From contig VGJQ01000004.1 in the NCBI GenBank assembly GCA_016867375.1, positions 1 to 46,722 on the forward strand: a stretch of 46,722 bases of DNA, read 5' to 3'. Made by a program: the position numbers and the translations under genes. Shown here piece by piece: positions 37,648 to 46,722 of this stretch. This DNA comes from Candidatus Kaiserbacteria bacterium (lineage in GTDB: Bacteria; Patescibacteriota; Minisyncoccia; Phycocordibacterales; UBA2100). Each line of letters opens with the position of its first letter. Within the stretch, counting starts at the first letter, position 1. The notes beneath the pieces are model-generated. The model had not been told where the DNA came from, ran no database searches, and saw nothing but the letters and a program-made list of their open reading frames with translations.

Positions 37648-38064
37648 CTATTTTGCATCAGAGGGCGGACGATGATCGCCGATGCCGTGCTCGCGCTCTC
37701 GCTCGCGTACCTCGTGTTCGTCCATCCCAAAATGGTGCCCCACTTCATGCCAGATCGTATCGGCGATCACGTCGCGCACATCGAGCCTGTCTTCTTGCGC
37801 CACTTCGAGTATCGGCAGACGGAAGAGTGTGATCGTGTCGGGCATTGTCATCCCGATGCCGTATTCTTCTCCGCGCGCGGCAAGCGGAATGCCGTGGTAA
37901 TACCCCAGGAGTGTCTCGTCTTCATCGAGGCCTTCGAGCGCGCGTAGCTCCTCTGAGGGCCCGTCTTCGACGAGGAGCGCGACGTTTTTTATCTTGTCGC
38001 GCACCCATTGCGGCAAGCGCTCGTACCCTTCCTCGATGAGTGTCTCAAATTCGGACTGCTTCAT
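37648..38064 (-). CDS. Zincin-like metallopeptidase (DUF1025 family)
   Basis: LLGYYHGIP, PDTITLFRLPI, HEVGHHFG. Confidence 0.9.
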   Translation of the reverse strand: MKQSEFETLIEEGYERLPQWVRDKIKNVALLVEDGPSEELRALEGLDEDETLLGYYHGIPLAARGEEYGIGMTMPDTITLFRLPILEVAQEDRLDVRDVIADTIWHEVGHHFGMDEHEVREREREHGIGDHRPPSDAK

Positions 38065-38098
38065 GTTACTACGATATCACGTGCACAAAAGATGGCTC

Positions 38099-38137
38099 AA
38101 TCCGTAAGGCGTCGCCTTACGAGCACGCCTTACGAGC
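38099..38137. repeat. GTAAGGCGTCGCCTTAC palindrome copy
   Basis: Matches 20833-20884. Confidence 0.75.
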
Positions 38138-38144
38138 AAAAAGA

Positions 38145-38170
38145 AAAGGCGCGCCTGACGGCGCGCCTTT
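38145..38170 (-). terminator. guaB terminator
   Basis: AAAGGCGCGC/GCGCGCCTTT with an A-run. Confidence 0.7.
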
Positions 38171-38188
38171 GAATATGTCACCACTTCC

Positions 38189-39703
38189 CTACCTACTGTA
38201 GTTGGGTGCGGCGGTGATGTGAAGGAGATCGTGCGGATGTGATTCGCGCAGGCCGGCTGAACTCATCCGGAACGGAATCGCTTTTTCCTGGAGCTCGGCT
38301 ATCGTGTGTGCGCCGTTGTACCCCATGCCTGAGCGAATGCCGCCGACGAATTGATACAGCGATTCGGCAACTGGCCCCTTGTAAGGTACTTCGCCCTCGA
38401 TACCTTCCGGGACGAGCTTGCCTACAGTGAGCGCGCCCTGACCATACTTTGCGGCCAAGTCGGCGCTCTTACGCATGACAGCCACTGAGCCCATCCCTCG
38501 ATAGTATTTGACGATTCGTCCGTCCGGCTTTTCGATCTTTTCGCCGGGCGATTCGTCGGTGCCGGCAAGGAGACGGCCGATAATGAGGCCTGATGCGCCG
38601 ACCGCAAGTGCGATGACCATGTCGCCCGAATTGCCTACGCCACCATCTGCAATGACGGGGACATCATAGCCTTCGAGTGCGCGCACGGATTCGTAGACTG
38701 CAGAGACTTGCGGTTTGCCGATACCAGCGACGATACGCGTCGTACAGATAGAGCCGGGACCTTGTCCCACTGCGACGGCATCTGCGCCCGCATCTGCGAG
38801 GCGTCGCGCCGATTCGCCATTGGAGACATTGCCAGCGATGACGTCGATGTGCGGATAGCGGCGTTTGAGTTCGCGGATAGTGGCGATGCCTGTCTTAGTA
38901 TCGCCATGTGCCGTGTCGATCTGGAATGCATCGCATTGATTGGCGGCCAAGAGTTCGGCACGCTCAAACGCATTATCACCAGAGCCGACTGCGGCGGCGA
39001 CGCAGAGCTGTTTGTTGGCGTCGGTGTTGCGCATGAATTCGGATGGTTTCTTGAAGATATCTTTGAGATCGGAAAACAAGTACATGCCCGAGAGTTTGCC
39101 GTCGTCGAGCAGTAGAAGTACTTTTTTCTTGGTCTTGAGCATGACGCGATACGCCTCTTCGGGCGTCGTCTCTTTAGGTGCCGTCACCAGGTCCTTCTGA
39201 AACGTCATGATGTCGTTCATGCGCGCGCCCGGGTCGATACAAAAATCAAAATCGTTGCCGGTCACGAGACCGTCGACATCTCCGAAGTCATTGACGACGG
39301 GCAGTGTGCGAAACGATCGTTTGTTTTGCTCGAGCATGTTGAGCACATCTCTGACGACTGCATCGGGCGAGACGGTGGTAGGAGTCGCAATGCGTCCGTG
39401 GCGCTGGTTTTTGACGCGCCAGACTTTGCGTGCCTGCTCCTCGGGCGACATGCCGCGATGGATGATGCCGATACCTCCGGCTTCGGCCATGGCGATCGCC
39501 ATGCGCGCTTCGGTGACGGTATCCATTGCCGAACTCACGATCGGGATATTGAGTGTGATCCTTCGGGAAAGACGGGTCCGTACATCGGTATCCGGCGGTA
39601 GAATGTCGGAGTGTAGAGATTCTAAACGGATGTCTTCGAACGTAACACACATGAACTCTGCATCAAGCGTCTCGAATAATTTCACCATTCTGGGATGAGG
39701 CAT
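38189..39703 (-). CDS. guaB: IMP dehydrogenase with CBS pair
   Basis: [50 protein letters not shown]. Confidence 0.95.
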   Translation of the reverse strand: MPHPRMVKLFETLDAEFMCVTFEDIRLESLHSDILPPDTDVRTRLSRRITLNIPIVSSAMDTVTEARMAIAMAEAGGIGIIHRGMSPEEQARKVWRVKNQRHGRIATPTTVSPDAVVRDVLNMLEQNKRSFRTLPVVNDFGDVDGLVTGNDFDFCIDPGARMNDIMTFQKDLVTAPKETTPEEAYRVMLKTKKKVLLLLDDGKLSGMYLFSDLKDIFKKPSEFMRNTDANKQLCVAAAVGSGDNAFERAELLAANQCDAFQIDTAHGDTKTGIATIRELKRRYPHIDVIAGNVSNGESARRLADAGADAVAVGQGPGSICTTRIVAGIGKPQVSAVYESVRALEGYDVPVIADGGVGNSGDMVIALAVGASGLIIGRLLAGTDESPGEKIEKPDGRIVKYYRGMGSVAVMRKSADLAAKYGQGALTVGKLVPEGIEGEVPYKGPVAESLYQFVGGIRSGMGYNGAHTIAELQEKAIPFRMSSAGLRESHPHDLLHITAAPNYSR

Positions 39704-39838
39704 CTTGTCCTCTCCTTTTGTGTGACGAGATATGTGCGGAGCTGCGCCCCGCCTGTAGGCACAATATAAGAAAAGTGCGCATAAAACAAATATGAAAAGG
39801 CAGCACGAGCCTGAGGGCGCGTGCTGCTTCCGATTCTT

Positions 39839-40279
39839 TCAGAGCTCGAGTCGGAAACATCCAGTATCCCGCTCCTTAAATCCAAGGGATGTGTAGAGTG
39901 CTCGGGCCTCCACGCGAGAGGGATTGCTCGTGAGCTCGATATGCTTGAGTCCGCATCTGCGGCCGGTGTCGATGGCGCGTTGTACGAGTGCCCTGCCGAT
40001 CCCCTGTCTGCGATATGCTTGGTCGACGATCACATCTTCGATGATTCCGACGCGTCCTGTCGGCTTGTGGTAGTACGCGAGCATCGTCATGCCGACGATA
40101 TTATTCTTCCCCTCATTCCGTGCGACGAAGAGGAAGTTTTGCTGGACCATGGTGCGCAGGTCGACCATGGTGAGTGGCGCTGCTTTCGGCGAGAACTGCT
40201 TGAGCAAGGCATTGAGCTGCGTGAGCTCTCGCGGCTGTATCAGATGTGGCGAGAGTCTAGAAATAGTGATCTCGGTCAT
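39839..40279 (-). CDS. GNAT family N-acetyltransferase
   Basis: IEDVIVDQAYRRQGIG, LTSNPSRVEARALYTSLGF. Confidence 0.9.
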   Translation of the reverse strand: MTEITISRLSPHLIQPRELTQLNALLKQFSPKAAPLTMVDLRTMVQQNFLFVARNEGKNNIVGMTMLAYYHKPTGRVGIIEDVIVDQAYRRQGIGRALVQRAIDTGRRCGLKHIELTSNPSRVEARALYTSLGFKERDTGCFRLEL

Positions 40280-40363
40280 GACGACCCCCCTGATTTTTTT
40301 GTCTGTATCAAGCTTACTTCCGCGCACACGAACAGGCAAGTCAGAATTGCTTTATGAATTGCT

Positions 40364-40669
40364 TCACCTACTTATTACAAGCGCGCAGAGGAGAAGCAGT
40401 ACGATGCCGATGGCGAAGATGCCTATCGTTTGAAGAAAGAGCTTGACCGCCTTTTCGCGATACCCGTCGAGGAGCATCAGTATGGGCTGGTAGAAAAATA
40501 GGTAGGCCATTAGCGCGACGGAGAGCACGAGGAGCGAGAGCATTACCATCGGGTAGATGAAGCTTTCCTGCGGGAATCCGTGAAAATTAGTGCTCAAGAA
40601 TATCCCCGTCACCAGCACGACGATATAGGCGATCGCAAATAATGCGTTGTAGAAAGGGTTTTTGGTCAT
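40364..40669 (-). CDS. Small three-TM membrane protein
   Basis: MTKNPFYNAL..., hydrophobic; TATACT 6 nt before ATG. Confidence 0.75.
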   Translation of the reverse strand: MTKNPFYNALFAIAYIVVLVTGIFLSTNFHGFPQESFIYPMVMLSLLVLSVALMAYLFFYQPILMLLDGYREKAVKLFLQTIGIFAIGIVLLLLCALVISR

Positions 40670-40815
40670 GGATTGAGTATACATTCCATTCCAACATCCA
40701 CGTAGTCTAGTCCACGTAGTCTGACTACGTAAAGCGGCACCTGACACCTTTATTCACAAAGCTTTCAAGCGAATGTCGCAGAATGGCTCAAATACAAGTC
40801 ATTACAGAAGGAGGT

Positions 40816-41298
40816 TTAACCTCTTGTTTTGGATACATTACAGGTTTGTATAAACTCGAACAGTTGATCAAATCCCTGGAAATAATCCTCGTTATGCTTC
40901 CGCGCATCAATAAGGTATTTTTGTATTTCTTGGTTTTTGTAGGCCTTTTCAGTCAGATCAGAAAAGTTCGCGCATGTGGAATCAGAATCTAGCAAGTTTC
41001 TTGCTAAGTTAAATCCAACATCGTTTAAATCGTTAAGAAAATCATCTATCTCGTCGGACGTAAATTTTTTAAGGATGGGGTTATGGTGCTCAATAGCCAT
41101 TGAAATTTTCCTATTCGAACCTGAGTTGAGTCTATCGTAATACAGAAGGGATAATTGATTTTTCCGACTCAACTGATTATTGGCGATGTCGTTTATCTGA
41201 TATGCAGAAAAACCAACCCCGATAACAACAACAAATACTTGGAAGACATCAAGGAATCTTTTTATGTATTCCCACTTTAAGTATCTTTTGAGACTCAT
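40816..41298 (-). CDS. Low-GC hypothetical protein with N-terminal TM (DUF4760-like)
   Basis: AT-rich ORF starting just past the tRNA-Glu 3' end; FLNDLNDVGFNLARNLLD. Confidence 0.65.
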   Translation of the reverse strand: MSLKRYLKWEYIKRFLDVFQVFVVVIGVGFSAYQINDIANNQLSRKNQLSLLYYDRLNSGSNRKISMAIEHHNPILKKFTSDEIDDFLNDLNDVGFNLARNLLDSDSTCANFSDLTEKAYKNQEIQKYLIDARKHNEDYFQGFDQLFEFIQTCNVSKTRG

Positions 41299-41302
41299 GT
41301 TG

Positions 41303-41374
41303 TGACCTCACGGGGAATCGAACCCCGCTTTGATCCGTGAGAGGGATCTGTCCTAGCCGATAGACGATGAGGCC
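41303..41374 (-). tRNA. tRNA-Glu(CUC), CCA not encoded
   Basis: GGCCTCATCGTCTATCGGCTAGGAC, anticodon arm GATCC-CTCTCAC-GGATC, T-loop GTTCGATTCC. Confidence 0.96.
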
Positions 41375-41616
41375 TTTGTGTCGATTTTCTCAAATAAATC
41401 TTTGCGGGCACGAGCGGTTTTCTTGAGGAAAATCTCCCGTTTCCTTGCCATAGTTTTATCATTATATTGTTCTGTGTACAACAGGCTCCATGGTCGATAC
41501 CCCTTTGTCGACCGCACTTCCCCTCTATTATGTTCCTGCAGTCGATTCTCGACATCATGAGATATGCCGATGTAATGACGACTGCTTTCGTTGATGAGGA
41601 TGTAGAGATGCCACAT
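41353..41616 (-). CDS. Stand-alone GIY-YIG nuclease (UPF0213-like)
   Basis: LYILI...HYIGISHDVENRLQEHNRG..RSTKGYRPW...ARKREIFLK. The last codons (ASSSIG-stop) overlap the tRNA 5' end. Confidence 0.92.
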   Translation of the reverse strand: MWHLYILINESSRHYIGISHDVENRLQEHNRGEVRSTKGYRPWSLLYTEQYNDKTMARKREIFLKKTARARKDLFEKIDTKASSSIG

Positions 41617-41620
41617 AGGG

Positions 41621-41730
41621 AACCGTGTCCTCCAGAGGAGGATCCGCCTCCGGCGGAAGAGGGATCTGTCCTACTTGCCCGCCTTTGGCGGGGCCGATAT
41701 CCTCCGAAGGAGGACAGGGACGATGGGGCC
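41621..41730 (-). pseudogene. Duplicated 5' half of tRNA-Glu interrupted by three hairpin insertions
   Basis: Removing 41628-41657, 41674-41692 and 41700-41718 gives GGCCCCATCGTCTATCGGCTAGGACAGATCCCTCTCACGG, 39/40 identical to the tRNA 5' end. Confidence 0.9.
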
Positions 41731-42001
41731 CTTCTTCGCCAAGGCTACGAAGGGCACAGCCTTCCTCGCATAGCGAAATAAGAACTCTTGCAAAATAACA
41801 CAAAAAAAGAACGCGAGCACTCTGCCCGTGTTGTACATTGTAGAAAGTCAGACTTTCTACAATGCGTAAATATTGCAGAAAATGAAAGCGGCGGCGAAGC
41901 AAGCTTTGCTATTTGACTACTGGTTGCCTTTGCTGCATGCTGGGCGCAGTTTGGTATATCTGTGGTGACGTAAGGCTATCACAAGGGGCATCAAAGACAC
42001 C

Positions 42002-42223
42002 TTGGAACGCAGAGCTGCACGGCTCGGCGTGACTCTCGATCAGCTTCGTGAGTATGATAGAAAAGCGCTTCGCGAATCGGACTATCCGACCGCGGATTGT
42101 CTGGGTGAGCATGAGATCAGTGACGCACGCTTGCGGAAGATGATTCTCCATGTGCTGGAGTGTCCCATGTGTGCGGCACTCCTTGATGTCGCGGAGCAGG
42201 ATGCGAAAGCATCGAAAATGTGA
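42002..42223 (+). CDS. Small hypothetical protein with HxxxCxxC zinc motif
   Basis: HVLECPMC; TTG start uncertain. Confidence 0.4.
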   Translation: MERRAARLGVTLDQLREYDRKALRESDYPTADCLGEHEISDARLRKMILHVLECPMCAALLDVAEQDAKASKM

Positions 42224-42258
42224 ACGAGTGAAGCGTTCGATCCATCACGGGTCGGACG

Positions 42259-42516
42259 CTATTTTTCTTTGATCAGCCTGAATCGTGGACGGCCGTCGGG
42301 GAGGGCGGAGAAAAAATCCTTCTCGTGGCGATACCAAAAGTCATGATCGTGTGGCCACAGGTGCTCGTAGATTACTCCCCTCACCTCATGTTGCTCACAG
42401 TCCCGCACACCGCGCTGTACGAGCCGGTAGATGCCACCTTTGTAGTGCTCGTACACTTCGCCGGGTGCGGCGAGCGCTTCTTCACGGGTGGCACAGAGCG
42501 GGTGTTCGTCTGTCAT
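42259..42516 (-). CDS. DUF1653 domain protein
   Basis: GEVYEHYKGGIY, VIYEHL, WYR...FF, PRFRL. Confidence 0.85.
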   Translation of the reverse strand: MTDEHPLCATREEALAAPGEVYEHYKGGIYRLVQRGVRDCEQHEVRGVIYEHLWPHDHDFWYRHEKDFFSALPDGRPRFRLIKEK

Positions 42517-42552
42517 GTCGTGTGAATAATGTAGGACATCGGATGTCCTACA

Positions 42553-43857
42553 TTAGCGGTCGAGCCATTCGGGGTCTTGGCGGACGAGGAGCTCTGAAGC
42601 GCGGTCCGGCTCGGCCATGATCTCAAGGACGGTCTTTTCCATACGTATCCCTTGTGAGCCTTTAATGAGGACTATATCGCCTTCTTGTATTTCTGGTTCG
42701 AGCTCTTTGCCAGCGCGGACGGATTCGTTTTGCTCGTATTCACGGATATGGGTATCGGGCATACCGGCATCAAGCGCCGCCTCTCCTATCGCGCGTGCGC
42801 GGAAGCCGACGGTGAGAAGCATATCTGCGCAGGCGGCGGCACGTACACCTACGGTGCGGTGCGCATCGGCGCTGTATTTGCCCAGCTCAAGCATGTCGCC
42901 CATGATCGCGATCTTTCGCCCCTTGGTCTGTATCGAGGTGAGTGTGTCGAGTGCGGCGAGGGCGGCTGCGGGCGAGGAATTGTAGGTGTCGTCGATGATG
43001 GTGGAGCCGCGAATGCCGCGGAGGATGCGGAGTCTGCCTGGCGAAGGCTCCCAGTATGAGAGGTCTCCGGCTGCTGAGACGGCGTCGATACCTGCTGCTC
43101 CTGCTGTAGTGAGTGCAGCGAGCGCGGCATACACGCGCGGGCGACCCAAGGCGCCGGTGAGCGAGACAGGCACCGATACTTCCGGTGAGGGGGTCTTGGT
43201 GTGTACTTCGATGCGGAATCGGATTCCGATTGGCGCGCCATTCTCATACAAAATCTCTTCATGCGAGGCGCTGTATTCATTCTCTGGCGAGAGGCCGTAG
43301 GTCACACACAGGCCCGGGTATTTGGAGCGGAGATCACGAATGCGCGGGTCGTCGCCGTTGACGATAAATGTGCCGCCGGGCTTGAGGTGCTCGATGAGCG
43401 CACTCTTCTCGCGCAACAGAGCTTCAGGAGAATCGAAATACTCTACATGGGCGGGTATCTCAGGGATGCCTGTAATCAAAGCTATGTCGGGGCGCAGCCA
43501 CGATGCGATCGAGCGGATGTCCCCTGGCCGGTCGGCGCCTACTTCGAGCACGAGCCAATCGGGATAGCGTGCGGGGCGGATGACGACAAGGAGTCCGCGG
43601 ATGATATTCCACAGCCATTTCACGGGATTGTGCCAGGCATTGTCCAGGCCGAGGATGGTGAGCGGGACGCCGATCTCGCTGTTGAAGCTTTTTTCACTCT
43701 TGCGTACATGGAGATGATCCGAGAGTGCGGCGAAAATCGCGTCTTTGGTGGATGTCTTGCCGACCGAACCGGTGACGGCGATGATGCGTGGCTGGTGACG
43801 CTTCAAGACCGCACGCGCTTCCCAGGTAAGTATATGTACGATGATTTTTTTGAGCAT
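42553..43857 (-). CDS. murF: UDP-N-acetylmuramoyl-tripeptide--D-Ala-D-Ala ligase
   Basis: AVTGSVGKTSTK, FNSEIGVPLT, IDDTYNSSP, GDMLELG, IKGSQGIRME. Confidence 0.95.
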   Translation of the reverse strand: MLKKIIVHILTWEARAVLKRHQPRIIAVTGSVGKTSTKDAIFAALSDHLHVRKSEKSFNSEIGVPLTILGLDNAWHNPVKWLWNIIRGLLVVIRPARYPDWLVLEVGADRPGDIRSIASWLRPDIALITGIPEIPAHVEYFDSPEALLREKSALIEHLKPGGTFIVNGDDPRIRDLRSKYPGLCVTYGLSPENEYSASHEEILYENGAPIGIRFRIEVHTKTPSPEVSVPVSLTGALGRPRVYAALAALTTAGAAGIDAVSAAGDLSYWEPSPGRLRILRGIRGSTIIDDTYNSSPAAALAALDTLTSIQTKGRKIAIMGDMLELGKYSADAHRTVGVRAAACADMLLTVGFRARAIGEAALDAGMPDTHIREYEQNESVRAGKELEPEIQEGDIVLIKGSQGIRMEKTVLEIMAEPDRASELLVRQDPEWLDR

Positions 43858-43918
43858 ACTAAGAAAGTAGAATTACATTATACACTGCCGAAAAAATGCA
43901 CCATTTTCGTACACACGG

Positions 43919-45655
43919 CTATCGATCCGGTGGGATGTTGTAGTAATTGATCAAGAAATGGGCGATGTCCATGAAGGGGCGGGCCAGGGTCGCAGAGGCG
44001 TAGGTCTGTCCCTGCGGCTCGATCGCAAAGAGAAAGACGATGAATCGCGGATCGTGTGCAGGAAAATATCCGAAGAAGGAGTGTAGATAGGTGCCCTCTG
44101 GATAGTATCCCCCGCCCGGCTTAGGTATCTGCGCGGTGCCGGTCTTGGCGGCGATCGCATAGTGCTCTTGTTTGAGTGTGCCATGGAGGAGCTCGGTGTC
44201 GAAGACTTTGACGAGCATGTTGGTCACGGTGGCGGCGGTTTCGCTCTTGAGTACGCGCCTGCCCTCTGGGATGGATACTGCGCGCGTGATGCCACTGTCG
44301 TATTTGATCGCAGTCACGACGTGCGGTGTGGGCAGGATGCCGCCGTTGGCGAGTACGGCGAGCGCGCGGGTCATGGCAATGGGAGAGACCGAGATGCCTT
44401 GGCCGTACGCTGCGGTGTCGTAGTTGATGTTTGGACCCAAGCCATCACCCAGTGGAGAGAGATCGCCCGTGACTTCGCCCGGCAGATCGATACCAGTCTT
44501 CTCGCCGAGGCCGTAGGCGCGCATGTAGCGCGTGAATACAGGATACCCCATCTTATCGGCGATGAACGATACACCGAGATTGAGCGAAAAATTGAGAACG
44601 TCTTGCATGGTAGCGAGGCCGCGGGACTTCTGGTCGAAATTGCAAATGCGATAGGTGCTCACCGTGATGCATCCGCGATCTTGGTAGGTGGTCTCGGGGG
44701 TGATGGCGCCTGCATCGAGTCCGGCTGCTACGGTCAGCGGCTTCATGATGCTCCCCAACTCATAACGCCCGGCCACCATTGGATTGGAATAGACAGCCGG
44801 ATCAGACTCGAGATTGTACGTATTGGGGTCAAAGGACGGACGCAATGCCATCGCGATGATCTCGCCGGTATGCGGATCCATCACGATGCCGCCGGCGCGT
44901 TTGGGTGTGTAGGTCTTCATCACGATGTCGAGCGTCTCCTCCAGTTCGCGCTCGACGCTCGGTTCGATGGAAGTGATGATGTTGCCCGAGTGTGCCGCCG
45001 GGTCGCTGGTGATGAGGGTCTGTGCGCTCGTAAATATTTCCGCAAATGGATTGATGGATATGGATGCCGATTCATGAGCGAGTGTGTCTTGGTAGAAGTT
45101 TTCGAGGCCGTAGAGTCCGCGTCTGCGCTCGCCGCTGTACCCGACGAATCCGAGCACGTTGGCAGCGAGCTTTTGTGCAGGGTAGAAGCGCCACTGATCG
45201 CGTACGAGGATGACGCCGGGGATTCGGAGCGCGCGTACCGCTTTTGAGGCCGCGTCGTCAAGCCGGAAGGCGACCTCTTCATACGGATCATTCTTCTTTG
45301 CGGTGCTTTGCATGAAGCGATTGCGGTCTATTGGCACGATCGCATTGAGCGCTTTGTATGCAGCGTCGGCATCGACGAGGTGCGGGGGCTGTATCGCCAC
45401 ACGCCAGCCGTTTTGCATGACAGCCGCTGATACCGCTACTTTGTCTTTGGTGGTGAAATAAATCGAACCTCGGTCCACGAGGTCGGGATTCGTGTCGACG
45501 TATTGCCCCATCGCATTGCGTTGGTAATCTTCGCCGTGCACAATCTGGATGAAATAGAGCCGGATGGCGAGTAAAAGCGCCACGAGTATAAAAAAGGCGG
45601 ACAAGACGCGGGCGCGCAAACGGATACTGAGTCGTGATCGAGGAATGGCTGTCAT
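43919..45655 (-). CDS. ftsI: Class B penicillin-binding protein (FtsI/PBP3)
   Basis: TM helix, RGSIY, GLE, GSIMK (SxxK), SLN (SxN), KTGTAQ; dcw context. Confidence 0.92.
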   Translation of the reverse strand: MTAIPRSRLSIRLRARVLSAFFILVALLLAIRLYFIQIVHGEDYQRNAMGQYVDTNPDLVDRGSIYFTTKDKVAVSAAVMQNGWRVAIQPPHLVDADAAYKALNAIVPIDRNRFMQSTAKKNDPYEEVAFRLDDAASKAVRALRIPGVILVRDQWRFYPAQKLAANVLGFVGYSGERRRGLYGLENFYQDTLAHESASISINPFAEIFTSAQTLITSDPAAHSGNIITSIEPSVERELEETLDIVMKTYTPKRAGGIVMDPHTGEIIAMALRPSFDPNTYNLESDPAVYSNPMVAGRYELGSIMKPLTVAAGLDAGAITPETTYQDRGCITVSTYRICNFDQKSRGLATMQDVLNFSLNLGVSFIADKMGYPVFTRYMRAYGLGEKTGIDLPGEVTGDLSPLGDGLGPNINYDTAAYGQGISVSPIAMTRALAVLANGGILPTPHVVTAIKYDSGITRAVSIPEGRRVLKSETAATVTNMLVKVFDTELLHGTLKQEHYAIAAKTGTAQIPKPGGGYYPEGTYLHSFFGYFPAHDPRFIVFLFAIEPQGQTYASATLARPFMDIAHFLINYYNIPPDR

Positions 45656-45691
45656 GATGCTAAGCCCCTAGTGCGCGGCTTGTATCGCGCA

Positions 45692-46027
45692 TTATATCGC
45701 ACCTTGATCGAATGTGGCTGCGCCGACAGTGCCTGGGCGATATACGTATTCCTGATCATTCACAGCAGAAAGCCCTAGAAGCGCGCCTGTCTCGGGAGTC
45801 AGATTTTGTGAGAGGGCAAAATATTCGCGCTCGAGCTGCCCGATCGCAGTCTCCAGCTGCGCAGAGCGGACAGTCGCTTCTTTATGCGCGATGATGTTGA
45901 GTACGGATGCAGCGACAAAATAGAGATAGACGCACAGGAGGATACCAAGTACACCCAAAAGGACCCACAGGAGCGTGTGTTCCCACTGGTATTCGATGGT
46001 CAGGGCGTGTACTTGTTTGTTGATCAT
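45692..46027 (-). CDS. FtsL-like cell division protein
   Basis: TM plus short coiled coil ending LGL; located between rsmH and ftsI. Confidence 0.65.
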   Translation of the reverse strand: MINKQVHALTIEYQWEHTLLWVLLGVLGILLCVYLYFVAASVLNIIAHKEATVRSAQLETAIGQLEREYFALSQNLTPETGALLGLSAVNDQEYVYRPGTVGAATFDQGAI

Positions 46028-46100
46028 GTGGGTAAAAGCAAAACTTAAAACATTACATAGTAAACATGTATAGGATCCCGATCCTTAATTTTTATGTTTT

Positions 46101-46721
46101 TTATTTCATTTTTTCTATAACACGAAGCTTGGCGCTGCGGGCGCGTGGATTGTGTGCGAGCTCTTCGGGAGTCGGTACAATGGGCTTTTTGGTGATTCGC
46201 CTTCCCGTCTTTGCTTTTTCCCATTCCACGAAGGTCTGCTTGACGATGCGATCTTCGATACTATGGAAGGTAATGACAGCGATGCGTCCGCCGGGGGCGA
46301 GCATCTGATAGGCGCTTGCGATACCCTCTTGCAAGCTGCCGAGCTCGTCGTTGACGGCGATGCGCAGGGCCTGGAAGGTCTTGGTGGCGGGATGGATGCG
46401 CCCGTAGCGGTATACGCTTGGTACGCATGCTTTGATCACTTCCCCGAGATCGCGTGCGGTCTCAAACGGCTTTTGGTCACGCCTCTCTACGATCGCGGCG
46501 GCGATGCGGCGGGCGTATCGTTCTTCTCCCCATCCTGCGATGATGTCGATGAGAGATTGTTCTTCCCATTCGTTGACGATCTCGCGGGCGGTGAGTGTCT
46601 CGGACGTGATGTCTTTGACGTAGGTCATGAGGAGTGGCTCGTCGCTCAAGAATGAGAATCCCCTGCCGGCGGATAACTGGTATCCGCTCCAGCCGAGATC
46701 GAAGAGCGCTTTGTCGATTCG
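46101..46721 (-). CDS. rsmH: 16S rRNA m4C1402 methyltransferase RsmH (5' end beyond window)
   Basis: GFSF..DEPLLM, HPATKTFQALRIAVNDEL, ITFHSIEDRIVK, NPRARSAKLR. Confidence 0.97.
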   Translation of the reverse strand, partial: RIDKALFDLGWSGYQLSAGRGFSFLSDEPLLMTYVKDITSETLTAREIVNEWEEQSLIDIIAGWGEERYARRIAAAIVERRDQKPFETARDLGEVIKACVPSVYRYGRIHPATKTFQALRIAVNDELGSLQEGIASAYQMLAPGGRIAVITFHSIEDRIVKQTFVEWEKAKTGRRITKKPIVPTPEELAHNPRARSAKLRVIEKMK

Positions 46722-46722
46722 A

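Noticed and set aside
41621-41730. Functional intron-containing tRNA-Glu
   Set aside because: Similarity ends just after the anticodon loop and runs into the GIY-YIG start; there is no T-arm or acceptor 3' strand, and the inserts match dispersed DNA hairpins.

Overview
A compact bacterial chromosome segment that looks like Patescibacteria/CPR (Parcubacteria-like). This assignment is an inference from short ThrS/PheS/PheT/RF1 proteins, mostly leaderless housekeeping genes, and a sortase, a coiled-coil lytic transglycosylase and RNHCP, DUF1653 and CARDB proteins. Core genes: thrS, gyrB, pheS/pheT, tsf/rpsB, prfA/rpmE, a full F-type ATPase set (atpBEFHAGDC), guaB, murF-ftsI-ftsL-rsmH, tRNA-Thr(UGU) and tRNA-Glu(CUC). 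An accessory block at about 2-11 kb encodes surface and membrane proteins: an IPYTG sortase substrate, a sortase, an SPFH-like protein and a trypsin-like protease. The strongest signal is a set of short palindromic insertion elements. A stand-alone GIY-YIG nuclease gene lies between intact tRNA-Glu and a duplicated 5' half of that tRNA. The duplicate is interrupted by three clean 19-30 nt hairpin insertions with no target duplication. Near-identical hairpins from this cassette are inserted in frame in gyrB, atpD and atpH, and other hairpin families sit in atpG, pheS, pheT and the sortase, adding peptides to essential proteins. The window also contains four copies of an ~89-bp MITE-like double hairpin with TAA duplications, heptamer arrays abutting atp start codons, a four-helix-bundle gene flanked by inverted heptamer arrays inside the atp operon, and an unannotated 35-aa membrane peptide with its own promoter between atpB and atpE. 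All calls come from reading the sequence; no searches were run.
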